A program made the translations under genes and the position numbers. Shown one piece after another: positions 38,867-48,446 of a stretch of 64,000 nucleotides of DNA. The stretch lies in contig DASXEB010000016.1 of NCBI GenBank assembly GCA_036490335.1, positions 70,489 to 134,488 on the forward strand, written 5' to 3'. This stretch comes from Chthoniobacterales bacterium (lineage in GTDB: Bacteria > Verrucomicrobiota > Verrucomicrobiia > Chthoniobacterales > UBA10450). The notes beneath the pieces were generated by a model. That model saw only the letters and a list, made by a program, of their open reading frames with translations. It did not search any database and was not told the DNA's origin. The stretch's first letter is position 1, and each line of letters starts with the position of its first letter.

Positions 38867-40135
38867 TCAGGCCAGAAACGGCGCCAGCTTCGGCTCGAGC
38901 TGCGGCGGGACGTGCGCGACAACCTCGGCAAAATCACCTTCGTAGTGCAGTTCGAGCACATGCCCGACGCGATGAATCTCCGCGAGCAACGCGCCTTCAC
39001 CCGCGGGCACGCGATAACGCGCGCGCAATCGCCAGGTGCTGAGCGCGTGTTGCAGGGCCTCGACCAGTTCGTCGAGTTGCTCGCCGGTTTGGGCTGAAAT
39101 TGCGACACTGCCCGGAAATTTTTCGCGATAGATCTGCACGAGCTCACGATTTTCAAGCAGATCGATTTTATTGAAAATCGTCAGCGTTTGTTTGCCGTAG
39201 GCGCCGAGCTCCTTGATCACGGTCTCGACCGCTTCCATCTGTTCGTCGACGCGCGGATGACTCAAATCGACGACGTGAATGAGCAGGTCGGCTTCGACCA
39301 CTTCCTCGAGCGTGGCCTTGAACGACTCGATCAAAGTGTGCGGCAGGTTGCGCAGGAAACCAACCGTGTCGGTCAGCAGCATCCTTTGTTTGTTAGGCAA
39401 AATAAAACTGCGCGTCGTCGGGTCGAGCGTCGCGAAAAGCTTGTCTTCCGCGAGCACGCCGGCGCCGGTGAGAAGATTGAGCAGGGTCGATTTGCCCGCG
39501 TTTGTGTAGCCGACGACGGCCGCGACCGGCCACTGGTTTCGCTTCCGACCCTGGCGCTGAATCGCACGATGTTTGCGCACTTCCTCGAGGTCGCGCTCGA
39601 GCCGCGCGATCCGTTCCTGGACGCGACGGCGATCGACTTCAAGCTGCGTTTCGCCCGGGCCGCGCGTACCGATGCCGCCGGTTTGCCGTGAAAGATGGGT
39701 CCACATTCTCGTCAGGCGCGGGAGCAGATATTGCAGCTGCGCGAGCTCGATCTGCAGCCGGCCTTCGCGGCTGCGCGCGCGTTGCGCGAAGATGTCGAGG
39801 ATGAGCTGGGTGCGATCGAGAACTTTTCTTGCAAACAAATTTTCAAGGTTGCGGCCTTGCGCAGGCGAAAGCTCGTTGTCGAAAATCACCGACGTGACCT
39901 GCTGATTTTGGAACGATTGCCTGATCAATTCCGCTTTGCCTTTGCCGATGTAAAAGGGCGCGGTCGGCTTCGATAATTTTTGCGTGACGGTGTCGACGAC
40001 GTGCGCGCCGGCGGAATTCGCGAGCTCGGCCAGCTCGTCAAGCGAGTCGCGCAAATCCCATTTCGACACGCCCTGTTTTTCGAGGCCGATGAGGAGCGCG
40101 CGCTCCTGTTTGCGCTGCGGCTGAGTGAATATCAT
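38867..40135 (-). CDS. hflX: GTPase HflX
   Basis: HflX N-domain, then G-domain VVGYTNAGKSTLLN and DTVGF. Confidence 0.9.
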   Translation of the reverse strand: MIFTQPQRKQERALLIGLEKQGVSKWDLRDSLDELAELANSAGAHVVDTVTQKLSKPTAPFYIGKGKAELIRQSFQNQQVTSVIFDNELSPAQGRNLENLFARKVLDRTQLILDIFAQRARSREGRLQIELAQLQYLLPRLTRMWTHLSRQTGGIGTRGPGETQLEVDRRRVQERIARLERDLEEVRKHRAIQRQGRKRNQWPVAAVVGYTNAGKSTLLNLLTGAGVLAEDKLFATLDPTTRSFILPNKQRMLLTDTVGFLRNLPHTLIESFKATLEEVVEADLLIHVVDLSHPRVDEQMEAVETVIKELGAYGKQTLTIFNKIDLLENRELVQIYREKFPGSVAISAQTGEQLDELVEALQHALSTWRLRARYRVPAGEGALLAEIHRVGHVLELHYEGDFAEVVAHVPPQLEPKLAPFLA

Positions 40136-41094
40136 TCAGCGGGGGCAAAAAAGCGTTCGGCTTTTTGCAGGATCCAATCGACGGCTGCGGCGTGGTCCTT
40201 CAAGCGAGATAAATTCAGCGGCTCAAAAATACTTTGGCGGCGAAACCAGGTCAACTGTCTTTTGGCGTAACGCCGCGTCGCCTGCTGAATCGCGGCGATG
40301 CATTCGGGCTCGCTGATTTCGTTTTGCAACAAGGCTCGGATGGTCGTTAGGCCGATGGTTTTCGCCGCGGTCGCGCTCGCGTTTTTGAGCGCAGCAACTT
40401 CGGCCATAACGCCGTCGCGAAAGATTTCTTCCACGCGACGATCGATGCGCGCGCAGAGCTCTTCGCGATCGCGGTAAACAAAAACGCCGTGTGCGGCCGA
40501 TGGATTTTCGTTCCATTGCGCGCGCTGGCCGGAAGCCGGCGAGTTGGTTTGCGTGGCGATTTCCAACGCCCTGACGAGTCGCCGTTTGTTTTTGCGGTCG
40601 ATCGTTTGCGCGCCTAACGAATCGACGGCGAGCAGGCGCTCGTTTAATTCCGCGAGCGAGAGCGCGTTCAATTCGGCGCGCAGTCCGGCGTCGATTGGCG
40701 GCAACGGCGCGAGACCGTGCGTCAGCGCCTTGATGTAGAGTCCGCTCCCGCCAACGACCAGCGCACGTTTTCCGCACTGCGTGATCTCCGCGACTGCGTT
40801 CAACGCCAGCGCGCGAAATTTTGCGGCGCTCATCTCTTCGCTCGCTGAAAGCGTTGCGATCAAATGATGCGGCGCCTGACGCAAAATCGACTCGTTAGGC
40901 TGCGCCGTCAGCAACGAAAGGCCACGGTAAACCTGAAATGCGTCCGCGCTGATAATCTCGGCGCCGCATCGCCGCGCGACTTCGGCGGCGAGATCCGATT
41001 TTCCGCTCGCGGTCGGACCGACGATGTAGAAAACATTTTTCGCCGGCGCGCTGGCGGAATCTTCAGAAATTTCCGGATCGCCGTTCGCGGCCAT
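40132..41094 (-). CDS. miaA: tRNA dimethylallyltransferase
   Basis: IVGPTASGKSDLA P-loop, then YRGLSLLTAQP. ATGA overlap with hflX. Confidence 0.9.
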   Translation of the reverse strand: MAANGDPEISEDSASAPAKNVFYIVGPTASGKSDLAAEVARRCGAEIISADAFQVYRGLSLLTAQPNESILRQAPHHLIATLSASEEMSAAKFRALALNAVAEITQCGKRALVVGGSGLYIKALTHGLAPLPPIDAGLRAELNALSLAELNERLLAVDSLGAQTIDRKNKRRLVRALEIATQTNSPASGQRAQWNENPSAAHGVFVYRDREELCARIDRRVEEIFRDGVMAEVAALKNASATAAKTIGLTTIRALLQNEISEPECIAAIQQATRRYAKRQLTWFRRQSIFEPLNLSRLKDHAAAVDWILQKAERFFAPAE

Positions 41095-41159
41095 AAAAAG
41101 AAACCGGGAGACGAGCAGCGACGGCCGCCCAATCTCCCGGTTGAATTCGCTGAGACTGA

Positions 41160-41684
41160 CTAATCGCGCGGATGAGTATCCGATTTCGCGCCGCTCACGA
41201 CCAGTTTGCGGCCGAGGAATTCCTTGTCGTGCAATTCCGCGACGGCGCGTTTCGCTTCGTCGATCGATTGCATTTGCACAAAGGCGAAACCTTTCGAGCG
41301 CTGGTTGTGTTTGTAGGTCACGATCTCCGCGTTCTGCACTTGTCCGACGCCATTGAACAATTCGAAGAGGTCGCTTTCACTCGCGTCGAAGGAAAGGTTG
41401 CCGACGTAAAGCCGCGGCGTCGTCACGCCGACCGACTCGACGCGGCGCACCGGTTGGGGCCGCGGGGAGGGCGCGCCGTTGCGTGATGAGCCATTACGCT
41501 GCGAAGGCGCGGAAGTGCGCTTCGGTGTACCGTTGGCGCCGCCAAAAAAGGCGGTGATTTTCTGCCAAAGGCTCTTTTTTGCGGGAGCCTGCGAAGGCGC
41601 GCGACTGTCGCGCGTTTCGTACCGCCTGCGGGGTCCACTCCGGCGCGGACGCCGCGAGTTTCTCCCTGGGGATTGAGATTTCAT
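41160..41684 (-). CDS. RRM-domain RNA-binding protein with an Arg-rich N-terminal extension
   Basis: RLYVGNLSF (RNP2) and KGFAFVQM (RNP1). Confidence 0.8.
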   Translation of the reverse strand: MKSQSPGRNSRRPRRSGPRRRYETRDSRAPSQAPAKKSLWQKITAFFGGANGTPKRTSAPSQRNGSSRNGAPSPRPQPVRRVESVGVTTPRLYVGNLSFDASESDLFELFNGVGQVQNAEIVTYKHNQRSKGFAFVQMQSIDEAKRAVAELHDKEFLGRKLVVSGAKSDTHPRD

Positions 41685-42020
41685 AAGGATTGTTATTATT
41701 GACCGAATGTAGTTGCGGGCGAAGCGCATCAAGCGATGCACAGTCCACGGCGCGCTGACCCCGCAGGGTCGGGATCAGCTCAAGAGCATTCTGCGCGGCC
41801 GGAAGGAACTTCGCCTCCTCGGGCCGGAAAATTCGGACGGGCCGAAGCCTGTCCGCACGCGATGTCGGTAGTGGCGGCAAGTCGGTCGAATTGGACGTCG
41901 TTGCCTGCATGGTTTTGAACCGAACAACCGCGGGAAGGAGGCACAAGCCTCAATCTCCCGGCATGTGAATAACTATTCTGAAGCGGGGCGCAGCGCAAGA
42001 GCGAATGCAGCCCGCGGAAT

Positions 42021-42977
42021 TTACGCAGGCGTTTCCCGCTGCCGGCGAAACCAGGCGATGAAACGCGGCAGGCCGACTGCGAGCGGCGTTTCCGGATGGT
42101 AGCCGAGCAACCGTTTCGCCTTGGAAATCTCGGCGCAGGTGAGCGGGACATCGCCGGGTTGCTCCGGGAGATGATTGATTTTCGCTTTCCGGCCGAGCGC
42201 GGATTCGATCGCGGCGATCAATTCCCGGAGCTCGATCGTTTGATTTTCGCCGAGATTAAAAATGTCGAACAACGCGCGGTCGTAGCCTAACGATGCCGTC
42301 ACGCCTTGAATAATGTCGTCGATATAAGTGTAGTCGCGCCGCGTCGTGCCGTCGCCGAATTGATCGATCGGTTTCCCGCTCCAGATGCGGCGGGTGAATT
42401 TGTGAATCGCAAGATCGGGTCGCTGCCGCGGACCGTAAACGGTGAAGAAACGCAGCGCGACGATCCGCATCTGATAAAGATGCGAGTAGGTCGAGCAAAG
42501 AAATTCGCCGGCGATTTTGCTCGCGGCGTAGGGGCTGATCGTTTGCGTGAGATGCAAATCTTCCGAAAACGGCACGGTCTTCGAAATTCCGTAAACCGAC
42601 GAACTCGACGCGAAAATAAAACGCCCGACTCCGCTCTTCCGCGCGGCTTCGAGAAGATGCAGCGTGCCGTTGACGTTCGTCTCGTAATACAGTTCCGGCT
42701 GACTGATCGACGGCCGCACTCCGGCGCGCGCCGCGAGATGGATGATGACGTCGAATTTCGCCGAGTCGCAGACGCGCGCGACGGCCGCGGCATCGCGCAG
42801 GTCGACTTCGTGAAGCGCGATCTCTTTCGCGACCGCGGCGAGATTGTCGCGCTTGATTTGCGGAGAATAAAAATCATTGAAGTCGTCGAGAACCGCGACT
42901 TCGTGGCCGAGCGTGAGGAGTTTCTCGACCAGATGCGAGCCAATAAATCCGGCGCCGCCCGTGACGAGAATCCTCAT
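42021..42977 (-). CDS. NAD-dependent epimerase/dehydratase (UDP-glucuronate 4-epimerase-like SDR)
   Basis: MRILVTGGAGFIGSHL; YAASKIAGE catalytic YxxxK. Confidence 0.8.
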   Translation of the reverse strand: MRILVTGGAGFIGSHLVEKLLTLGHEVAVLDDFNDFYSPQIKRDNLAAVAKEIALHEVDLRDAAAVARVCDSAKFDVIIHLAARAGVRPSISQPELYYETNVNGTLHLLEAARKSGVGRFIFASSSSVYGISKTVPFSEDLHLTQTISPYAASKIAGEFLCSTYSHLYQMRIVALRFFTVYGPRQRPDLAIHKFTRRIWSGKPIDQFGDGTTRRDYTYIDDIIQGVTASLGYDRALFDIFNLGENQTIELRELIAAIESALGRKAKINHLPEQPGDVPLTCAEISKAKRLLGYHPETPLAVGLPRFIAWFRRQRETPA

Positions 42978-43000
42978 TGCGCGAGATTAGAGATGGAGTG

Positions 43001-43729
43001 ATGACCGGGCAAGGAGAAGTCGTGCGAACGCCTAACGAAAAGCGGACGGGAGTATTTTTCTGGCTGCTCGCTTTTGTATTCTTGCTCTTCGGCCTCGCGA
43101 TCGACCTGAGCTGGAGACTCGGTCCGGAGCTTTTGAGCGGTCGGCCTTTTGATCCGTCCCTCGAGCTGACTTCGCCAATCGAGCTGGCCTCGCTGCCGAC
43201 CGCGACGCGCTTTGATTTTCCGATTGGCAGCGAGCATGGCGCGATGGCTTACAACGCGCAGCCCTTTACGCAAAACAATCATCTCGGCGACGATCTCAAC
43301 GGGATCGGCGGCGAAAACAGCGATCTCGGCGATCCGATTTACGCGATCGCCGACGGCAGGGTTTTACTCGCGCGTGACGGCGGCCCAGGCTGGGGAAATG
43401 TCGTGATCATTCTGCACGCCTATCGCGAAGGGGGTGCGCGAAAATATGTGCAATCCTATTACGCGCACATGCAGGCCATACTCGTTAGGCCGGGCGAGCT
43501 CGTCAGGCGCGGCGAGGAAATTGCGACGGTCGGAACCGGCAACGGTCGCTATCTCGCCCATCTCCATTTTGAGATGCGTGAATTCATCACGCCGTTCATC
43601 GGGCCGGGTTATCGCAAGGATACGCGGGGCTGGATCAATCCGAGCGAATTCATTCGCGCCCATCGCGGCGCGCCCGATGCGGAGATCGGCCGGGTCGAGG
43701 GCCCCGGCCGATCAGTTAGCCCTCCGTAA
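43001..43729 (+). CDS. M23-family metallopeptidase
   Basis: HLGDDLNG (HxxxD), AIADGRV, AHLHFEM (HxH). N-terminal TM helix. GGAG upstream of ATG 43001. Confidence 0.8.
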   Translation: MTGQGEVVRTPNEKRTGVFFWLLAFVFLLFGLAIDLSWRLGPELLSGRPFDPSLELTSPIELASLPTATRFDFPIGSEHGAMAYNAQPFTQNNHLGDDLNGIGGENSDLGDPIYAIADGRVLLARDGGPGWGNVVIILHAYREGGARKYVQSYYAHMQAILVRPGELVRRGEEIATVGTGNGRYLAHLHFEMREFITPFIGPGYRKDTRGWINPSEFIRAHRGAPDAEIGRVEGPGRSVSPP

Positions 43730-43732
43730 TTT

Positions 43733-44845
43733 CTAGCACATGCGCATCGCCGCATCCGCGTTCACGGCAAGGGTGTTCAAGGTGTCAAGGAATTCCTGCG
43801 ACTGACCTTGGAATAGGTTCGAGTTCGTGAGCGCCGTCGCGGCTGCGATCGCTCCCGCGGGTTGTGTTTGCACCGGCCGAATGACAGAGCAAAACGGCAA
43901 AGGTTTCTCGAAGAACATGCATGGCTGCGGCATGATCAGGTTATCCTGCCGCAGCGGATCGCCGTCGAACGATCCGATGTCGGGAAAGGTCACGCCCGGC
44001 ACCGAGACCGCCGGAATGCTGCCGGCTTTATCGTGCCAGAGAGTGAAGTGCACGATTTCCGCGCCTCCGATGCTCGGCAGGATTTGCAGCAGGTCCGCGC
44101 TCGACGCTTTCGGAATGAACGACGCGTAGAGACTCGTGCCGCCTTGCTCGATCGTGCCGAAGTGAAACGCGGCCGCGTTTGCGATCGCCTGGATTTCGTC
44201 CGAGCCGTTCGCGAAATCCATCGGCGGAATCGCCGGGAAATTGACGATCTGGATGAATTGCGGATAGACCGCGCCGAAATCAGGATTCGTCCGGCTACGG
44301 TAACGAATCCACCAGCTCGTATCCACCGTCAGATTCATGAGATTCGTTAGGCGACCTTTTTGCTTCGCGCCCGTCGCCTGGCTGCTCGGCAAGTTGCGAA
44401 ACGCATCGAGGTTGACGGGCGTCGCGCCGATCGCGGTCAGATACGCGTTGAGAAATTTCGCATGACTCGCTTCGTCGTCCGTGTTGTCATGAATGTACTG
44501 ATTCATGTCGTCGTCGATGACGGCGAGGGCGGCGCCATAAGCCGGGTTATGCAAGGCCAGTTCGGTGTATTGTTCCCACAAATCCTGCTCGATTAACTCG
44601 GCGGCGGCCGCGAATTGCAGGATCGCAATATCGCCGTCGGTGGGACTTGATTGACGGCGAACGCCGGCGAATGCCTCGCTGCGCGAAGTAAGAAGAGCGG
44701 CGGCCGGACTGAGCATGGCCGCGCCCAAGCCGAGCCCGCGCAAAAACGAACGACGACCGACATGCCGGGACGGCGGAGGCGGCGAATTTAGAAAATCAGT
44801 TGGCTCCGAAGAGTTAGCTGACGATGATGAATCTGTTAGTTGCAT
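43733..44845 (-). CDS. Tat-exported ferritin-like domain protein
   Basis: Twin-arginine signal GRRSFLRGLGLGAAM. Then AAAELIEQDLWEQY and DDEASHAKFLNAYL, ferritin-like metal-site helices. Confidence 0.6.
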   Translation of the reverse strand: MQLTDSSSSANSSEPTDFLNSPPPPSRHVGRRSFLRGLGLGAAMLSPAAALLTSRSEAFAGVRRQSSPTDGDIAILQFAAAAELIEQDLWEQYTELALHNPAYGAALAVIDDDMNQYIHDNTDDEASHAKFLNAYLTAIGATPVNLDAFRNLPSSQATGAKQKGRLTNLMNLTVDTSWWIRYRSRTNPDFGAVYPQFIQIVNFPAIPPMDFANGSDEIQAIANAAAFHFGTIEQGGTSLYASFIPKASSADLLQILPSIGGAEIVHFTLWHDKAGSIPAVSVPGVTFPDIGSFDGDPLRQDNLIMPQPCMFFEKPLPFCSVIRPVQTQPAGAIAAATALTNSNLFQGQSQEFLDTLNTLAVNADAAMRMC

Positions 44846-44945
44846 TTTGTAACTCCTTTATTTGTTAGGTTGATGACTCTGTGACATGACCTTTGTGGTC
44901 GAAGCCAGAGTTTGACCCACGCGCGCAGCCCGCAACGCGCCCTTT

Positions 44946-45001
44946 GTAACAGCGTTGTTACTCCACTAGCCGTCCGCACGGCGGAGTAACAACCTTGTTA
45001 C
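44946..45001. promoter_or_regulatory. Two copies of the palindrome GTAACA-N4-TGTTAC, 40 bp apart
   Basis: GTAACAgcgtTGTTAC at 44946-44961 and GTAACAacctTGTTAC at 44986-45001. They lie 100-155 bp upstream of the ferritin-like gene and just 3' of alkA. Halves of the two sites can also pair as an 11-bp stem (GTTGTTACTCC/GGAGTAACAAC). Confidence 0.4.
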
Positions 45002-45038
45002 TAACTCCGCCTCTTTCGCCGCCTTGCGCGGCGGCTCG

Positions 45039-45677
45039 TTAGGCACCCGGCAGCTCGAGCGCGCGCCAGAAATACCAGGCCGCAACCGAGCGATAAGGCC
45101 GCCAGCGCTCGCCGATCGCTTCCAGCTCCTTCGCGCTTGGGAGAGTTTTCCGGCGAAAAGTTTTCGCATAACCCTTGCGCACTCCGAGATCGTCCGCCGG
45201 CCAGATATCGAGCCTCTCCATGTGAAAGAGCAACAACATCTGCACCGTCCAGCGCCCGATCCCGCGCACACTCGTGAGTCGCGCGATGATTTCGTCGTCG
45301 CTCATTCGAGCTAGGACCGCGCGCGTCGGCACCGTGCGATCGAGTGTTTTCGCGGCGAGATCTTTTAACGCTGCGGTCTTGTTCCGCGACAAACCGGCGG
45401 CGCGAAAAGTTTCGTCCGGCGTGGCGAGGATCAATTCCGGTGAAAACCATTTTCGCCGCGGGTAAATCGCGCGCACACGCCCAAGGATGGTGGACGCAGC
45501 TTTCCCGCTCAACTGCTGGTAAACAATGGAGCGTGCCAGCGCGTCGAGCGGCCTAACGAGTCTAACTCCCGCAATACGAAAAGGGCCAACCTGCGCGATG
45601 ATCGCGGCGAACGCGGGGTCGCGCGAGCCGAGGTGGTGTTCGGGCCGAAGATTTTTTGACGAAGGCGGCTGGGACAT
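45039..45677 (-). CDS. DNA-3-methyladenine glycosylase II (AlkA-like, HhH-GPD)
   Basis: LTSVRGIGRWTVQMLLLFHMERLDIWPADDLGVRKGY. Confidence 0.8.
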   Translation of the reverse strand: MSQPPSSKNLRPEHHLGSRDPAFAAIIAQVGPFRIAGVRLVRPLDALARSIVYQQLSGKAASTILGRVRAIYPRRKWFSPELILATPDETFRAAGLSRNKTAALKDLAAKTLDRTVPTRAVLARMSDDEIIARLTSVRGIGRWTVQMLLLFHMERLDIWPADDLGVRKGYAKTFRRKTLPSAKELEAIGERWRPYRSVAAWYFWRALELPGA

Positions 45678-45763
45678 GACCAAAAATCTCCGGTCTGCTT
45701 TCAGCGCGCAATCAAAATTCAGCCGGAACTCTCGACCGCCGGCGTCGCCGGAATTCCGACCCG

Positions 45764-46168
45764 TCAGGCAGCGATCGAGTGAGTGCTGGCGAGCACTTCG
45801 ATCGCGTGCCGCAGCTCATCGACATCGAAGGGCTTGGCGAGCATGAGATCGACTTGCAGCTGTTCGTACGCGTGCGTGTTTTCCTGATTCAAATGCGCGG
45901 AAAGGACCGCGATTTTCCCGCCAAATCCGCGCCTGCGCAGTTGTCGCACCAGTTCAAGCCCGCTCATCTTCGGCATGATGTGGTCGGTGATGACGAGATC
46001 GAACGGTCGCGCGGCGGCGGCGATTTTTTCCAACGCTTCGGCACCGTTGTTCGCGGTCGAGACATGGCAACAGGGTCCGCAGAGCACGAGCGCGAGCAAT
46101 TGCGCGACGGCGGACTCATCTTCGACGGCGAGAATTCGCGTGCTGTTTTTGACGTCGTGCTTTTGCAT
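45764..46168 (-). CDS. Single-domain response regulator (receiver only)
   Basis: ILAVEDE...DLVITDHIMPKMSGLELVRQLR...AVLSAH. Confidence 0.8.
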   Translation of the reverse strand: MQKHDVKNSTRILAVEDESAVAQLLALVLCGPCCHVSTANNGAEALEKIAAAARPFDLVITDHIMPKMSGLELVRQLRRRGFGGKIAVLSAHLNQENTHAYEQLQVDLMLAKPFDVDELRHAIEVLASTHSIAA

Positions 46169-46287
46169 TCCGCATGACTGCTAAGCAAGAGTCAAGCCGC
46201 GCCGCCGGCGGAGGGGAAAAAAACTGCGGCCCGCCGTCAGCTAATCGACGACGAGCCGCAAATCAGGATTCTTCCAGTGGCGAAAAA

Positions 46288-46677
46288 TTACTGGCCGTAG
46301 GCGAAATCGTGGATCGATTGCACCTTTTCCGACCGGACTTCGCCTAACGACTCGTTGATCGAGAAGTTGCGCACGCCCCCGTTGGGCGCAGTTTTCACCT
46401 GCAGTTGCAACATGTCGATATTGAGGCCGCCGGTGTATTGGCCGATCAGCGGAACGTAGCCCGAGATTGGCGGCGCCTCGGAGCGAAACCAGACGAGCGT
46501 GGTGTCGCCGTGGACTTCGCTCTGACGCGTGTCCGGCGGTCCGAACATTTGCATGAGGTTGGTCTCGGTCGTCACGCCCGGCTGAATCGTCCGCACTTTC
46601 GCCTGGGTGATGTCGTACGATGTGCAACTCGTTAGGCAGGCCGCGAGGCCGAGAGCAAGAAAGATTGTGGTTTTCAT
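46288..46677 (-). CDS. Lipoprotein, unknown function
   Basis: MKTTIFLALGLAACLTSC contains a lipobox. Confidence 0.55.
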   Translation of the reverse strand: MKTTIFLALGLAACLTSCTSYDITQAKVRTIQPGVTTETNLMQMFGPPDTRQSEVHGDTTLVWFRSEAPPISGYVPLIGQYTGGLNIDMLQLQVKTAPNGGVRNFSINESLGEVRSEKVQSIHDFAYGQ

Positions 46678-46840
46678 TTTTCGAATTACAAGAAATGTCA
46701 CTGCCATCAACTTTGCGCACAAACGCCAGAAAAGTTCAATGGTTAACAAAGAACGGTCCAATTTTCGCGGAAGTCAGCCTCCGGCCCGGTCAAGATTTTT
46801 CTGGTTGAGCGAAACGTTTGAGCACTATTCTGCTCCAGCT

Positions 46841-47679
46841 ATGACACCGAAACCCATCTCCCAGTTTCGCGCGATCGAACTCTTTCACGCGCTCCACGCG
46901 ACCGGCTGTTTCGTAATTCCGAACCCGTGGGACATCGGCACCGCGATTTACCTCGAGCGCGTCGGCTTCAAAGCGCTCGCGACGACCTCGGCCGGATTTG
47001 CTTTTGCGCGCGGACGCGCGGATGGCGCGGTGCCGCGCGACGAAATGCTCGCGCACATCCGCGAGATCGCCGCGGCCGTCACGCTGCCGGTGAATGCGGA
47101 TTTCGGACCAGGCTTTGGCGATAATCCGGAGGAAGTCGCGACCAGTGTCGCGCTCTGCGTCGCCGCCGGAGTCGCGGGATTGTCGATTGAAGACGCTCCC
47201 GGCGCCGACCGGCCTCTTTTTGAAAAAGAGACCGCAGTTAAAGATTGCGCGCCGCGCGCCGCGTGATCGATCAGTCGGGGCGCCCCGTGCTTTTGACTGG
47301 ACGATGCGAAGCCTTTCTCGTTGGGCATCCCGATCCTTTGCCGACTGTGCTCGCGCGCCTGTCCGCTTACGCCGAAGCCGGCGCCGATTGTCTTTATGCT
47401 CCCGGCGTGACCGAACCGCGCGAAATTTCCGCGATCGTCCGCGAGGTCGCGCCGCGTCCGATCAATGTGCTTGTCTCTGGTTTTAATTCCGATCTTTCGG
47501 TCGCCCAGCTCGCCGACCTCGGCGTGCGGCGCATCTCGGTCGGTTCCGGGCTGGCTCTCGCGGCCTGGGGCGCGATGACTCGCGCGGCTCGCGAAATTTC
47601 TGACAAAGGAACGTTTGGCGGATTAACCGGCGGAGCGCGTTCCGCAAAGTTGAACGAATTATTTTGGGAGGAAACCTGA
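46841..47679 (+). pseudogene. Isocitrate lyase/PEP mutase-family gene (2-methylisocitrate lyase / carboxyvinyl-carboxyphosphonate phosphorylmutase-like) split by a frameshift
   Basis: N-half ends at 47266 (..PNPWDIGTA..TSAGFAF..NADFGPGFG..LSIED). C-half continues in another frame (..LTGRCEAF..RLSAYAEAGADCLYAPG). Adding one A to the AAA run at 47240-47242 restores ...ETAVKRLRAARRVIDQSG... Confidence 0.7.
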
Positions 47680-47707
47680 GTTAGCCTTATACTCGTTAGG
47701 CAAGAAC

Positions 47708-48393
47708 TCAGAGCCGAAAAACGGTCGCACCTGCCCGAAGTTCGCGCGGGGCCGCGTCGCGCTGAAACAACCTCGCGCCGTTTGTTCCGCCAAGCCGGCC
47801 TTCGCCTCTCTCGAGCCGCAGCCAGGCGCCTTCGCGCAAACCGATCACGGGGGTTTCGTTCTCCTCGAGAAACTGAAGGATTCGCTCTTCGCGCGTCTCA
47901 CCCATGTGCGTGGAATTTGGATCAGGATCGAGATAGTGGGGATTGATCTGCATCGGGATCAAAACGAGGGCGGCTCGACGATCGGCATGTCGTTTGTCGT
48001 GCAAATTGTCGGGCAGGCGAGATTCGAACCCGCACTCGATCCGAGATACGCGGCCCCCGCTTCCACGCGATCGCGGAGGATGCCTAACAAATCCAGGTCA
48101 TACATCGTCTTGAGAAGCCGAAAGGTGTTCCCCCCGCCGACGAAGACCGCCTCCGCCTTTTCGATCGCGGCGGCCGGCGAAGAAGCTTCATGAATTGCTT
48201 CGACCTTGTAACCCATCCGGCCGAGCCGTTCTTCGACGCGCGCGAAATAGCTCGCCCGATCAGCGAGCGCATAGGGAAAAAAGAGAACGCGTTTCGTGTC
48301 GCCGAAAAACTCGTGAATGACTTCTTCGGCGTAATCGAGAGAGTTGCTGCCGCTGACGCTGGAGCTGCTCAGGAGAAGGATCCGTTTGTGCAA
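47708..48393 (-). pseudogene. pepE: Dipeptidase E (peptidase S51) split by a frameshift
   Basis: N-half ...VFVGGGNTFRLL...YLGSSAGSNLACPTICTTNDMPIVEPPSF* stops at 47959. The other frame continues ALVLIPMQINPHY...THMGETREERI. Both halves are collinear with E. coli PepE as I recall it. Confidence 0.7.
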
Positions 48394-48446
48394 GCTCGCG
48401 TTGGAAGGTGACGCCTAGTTTGTCTTTGACACGAGTCCTTTACTCG

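Noticed and set aside
41795-41812. GGCCGGAAGGAAC, reminiscent of the SRP (4.5S) RNA GGAA tetraloop region.
   Set aside because: The flanking sequence lacks the conserved AGCAGCC / GGUCAGG symmetric-loop elements, and no complementary long helix is evident.
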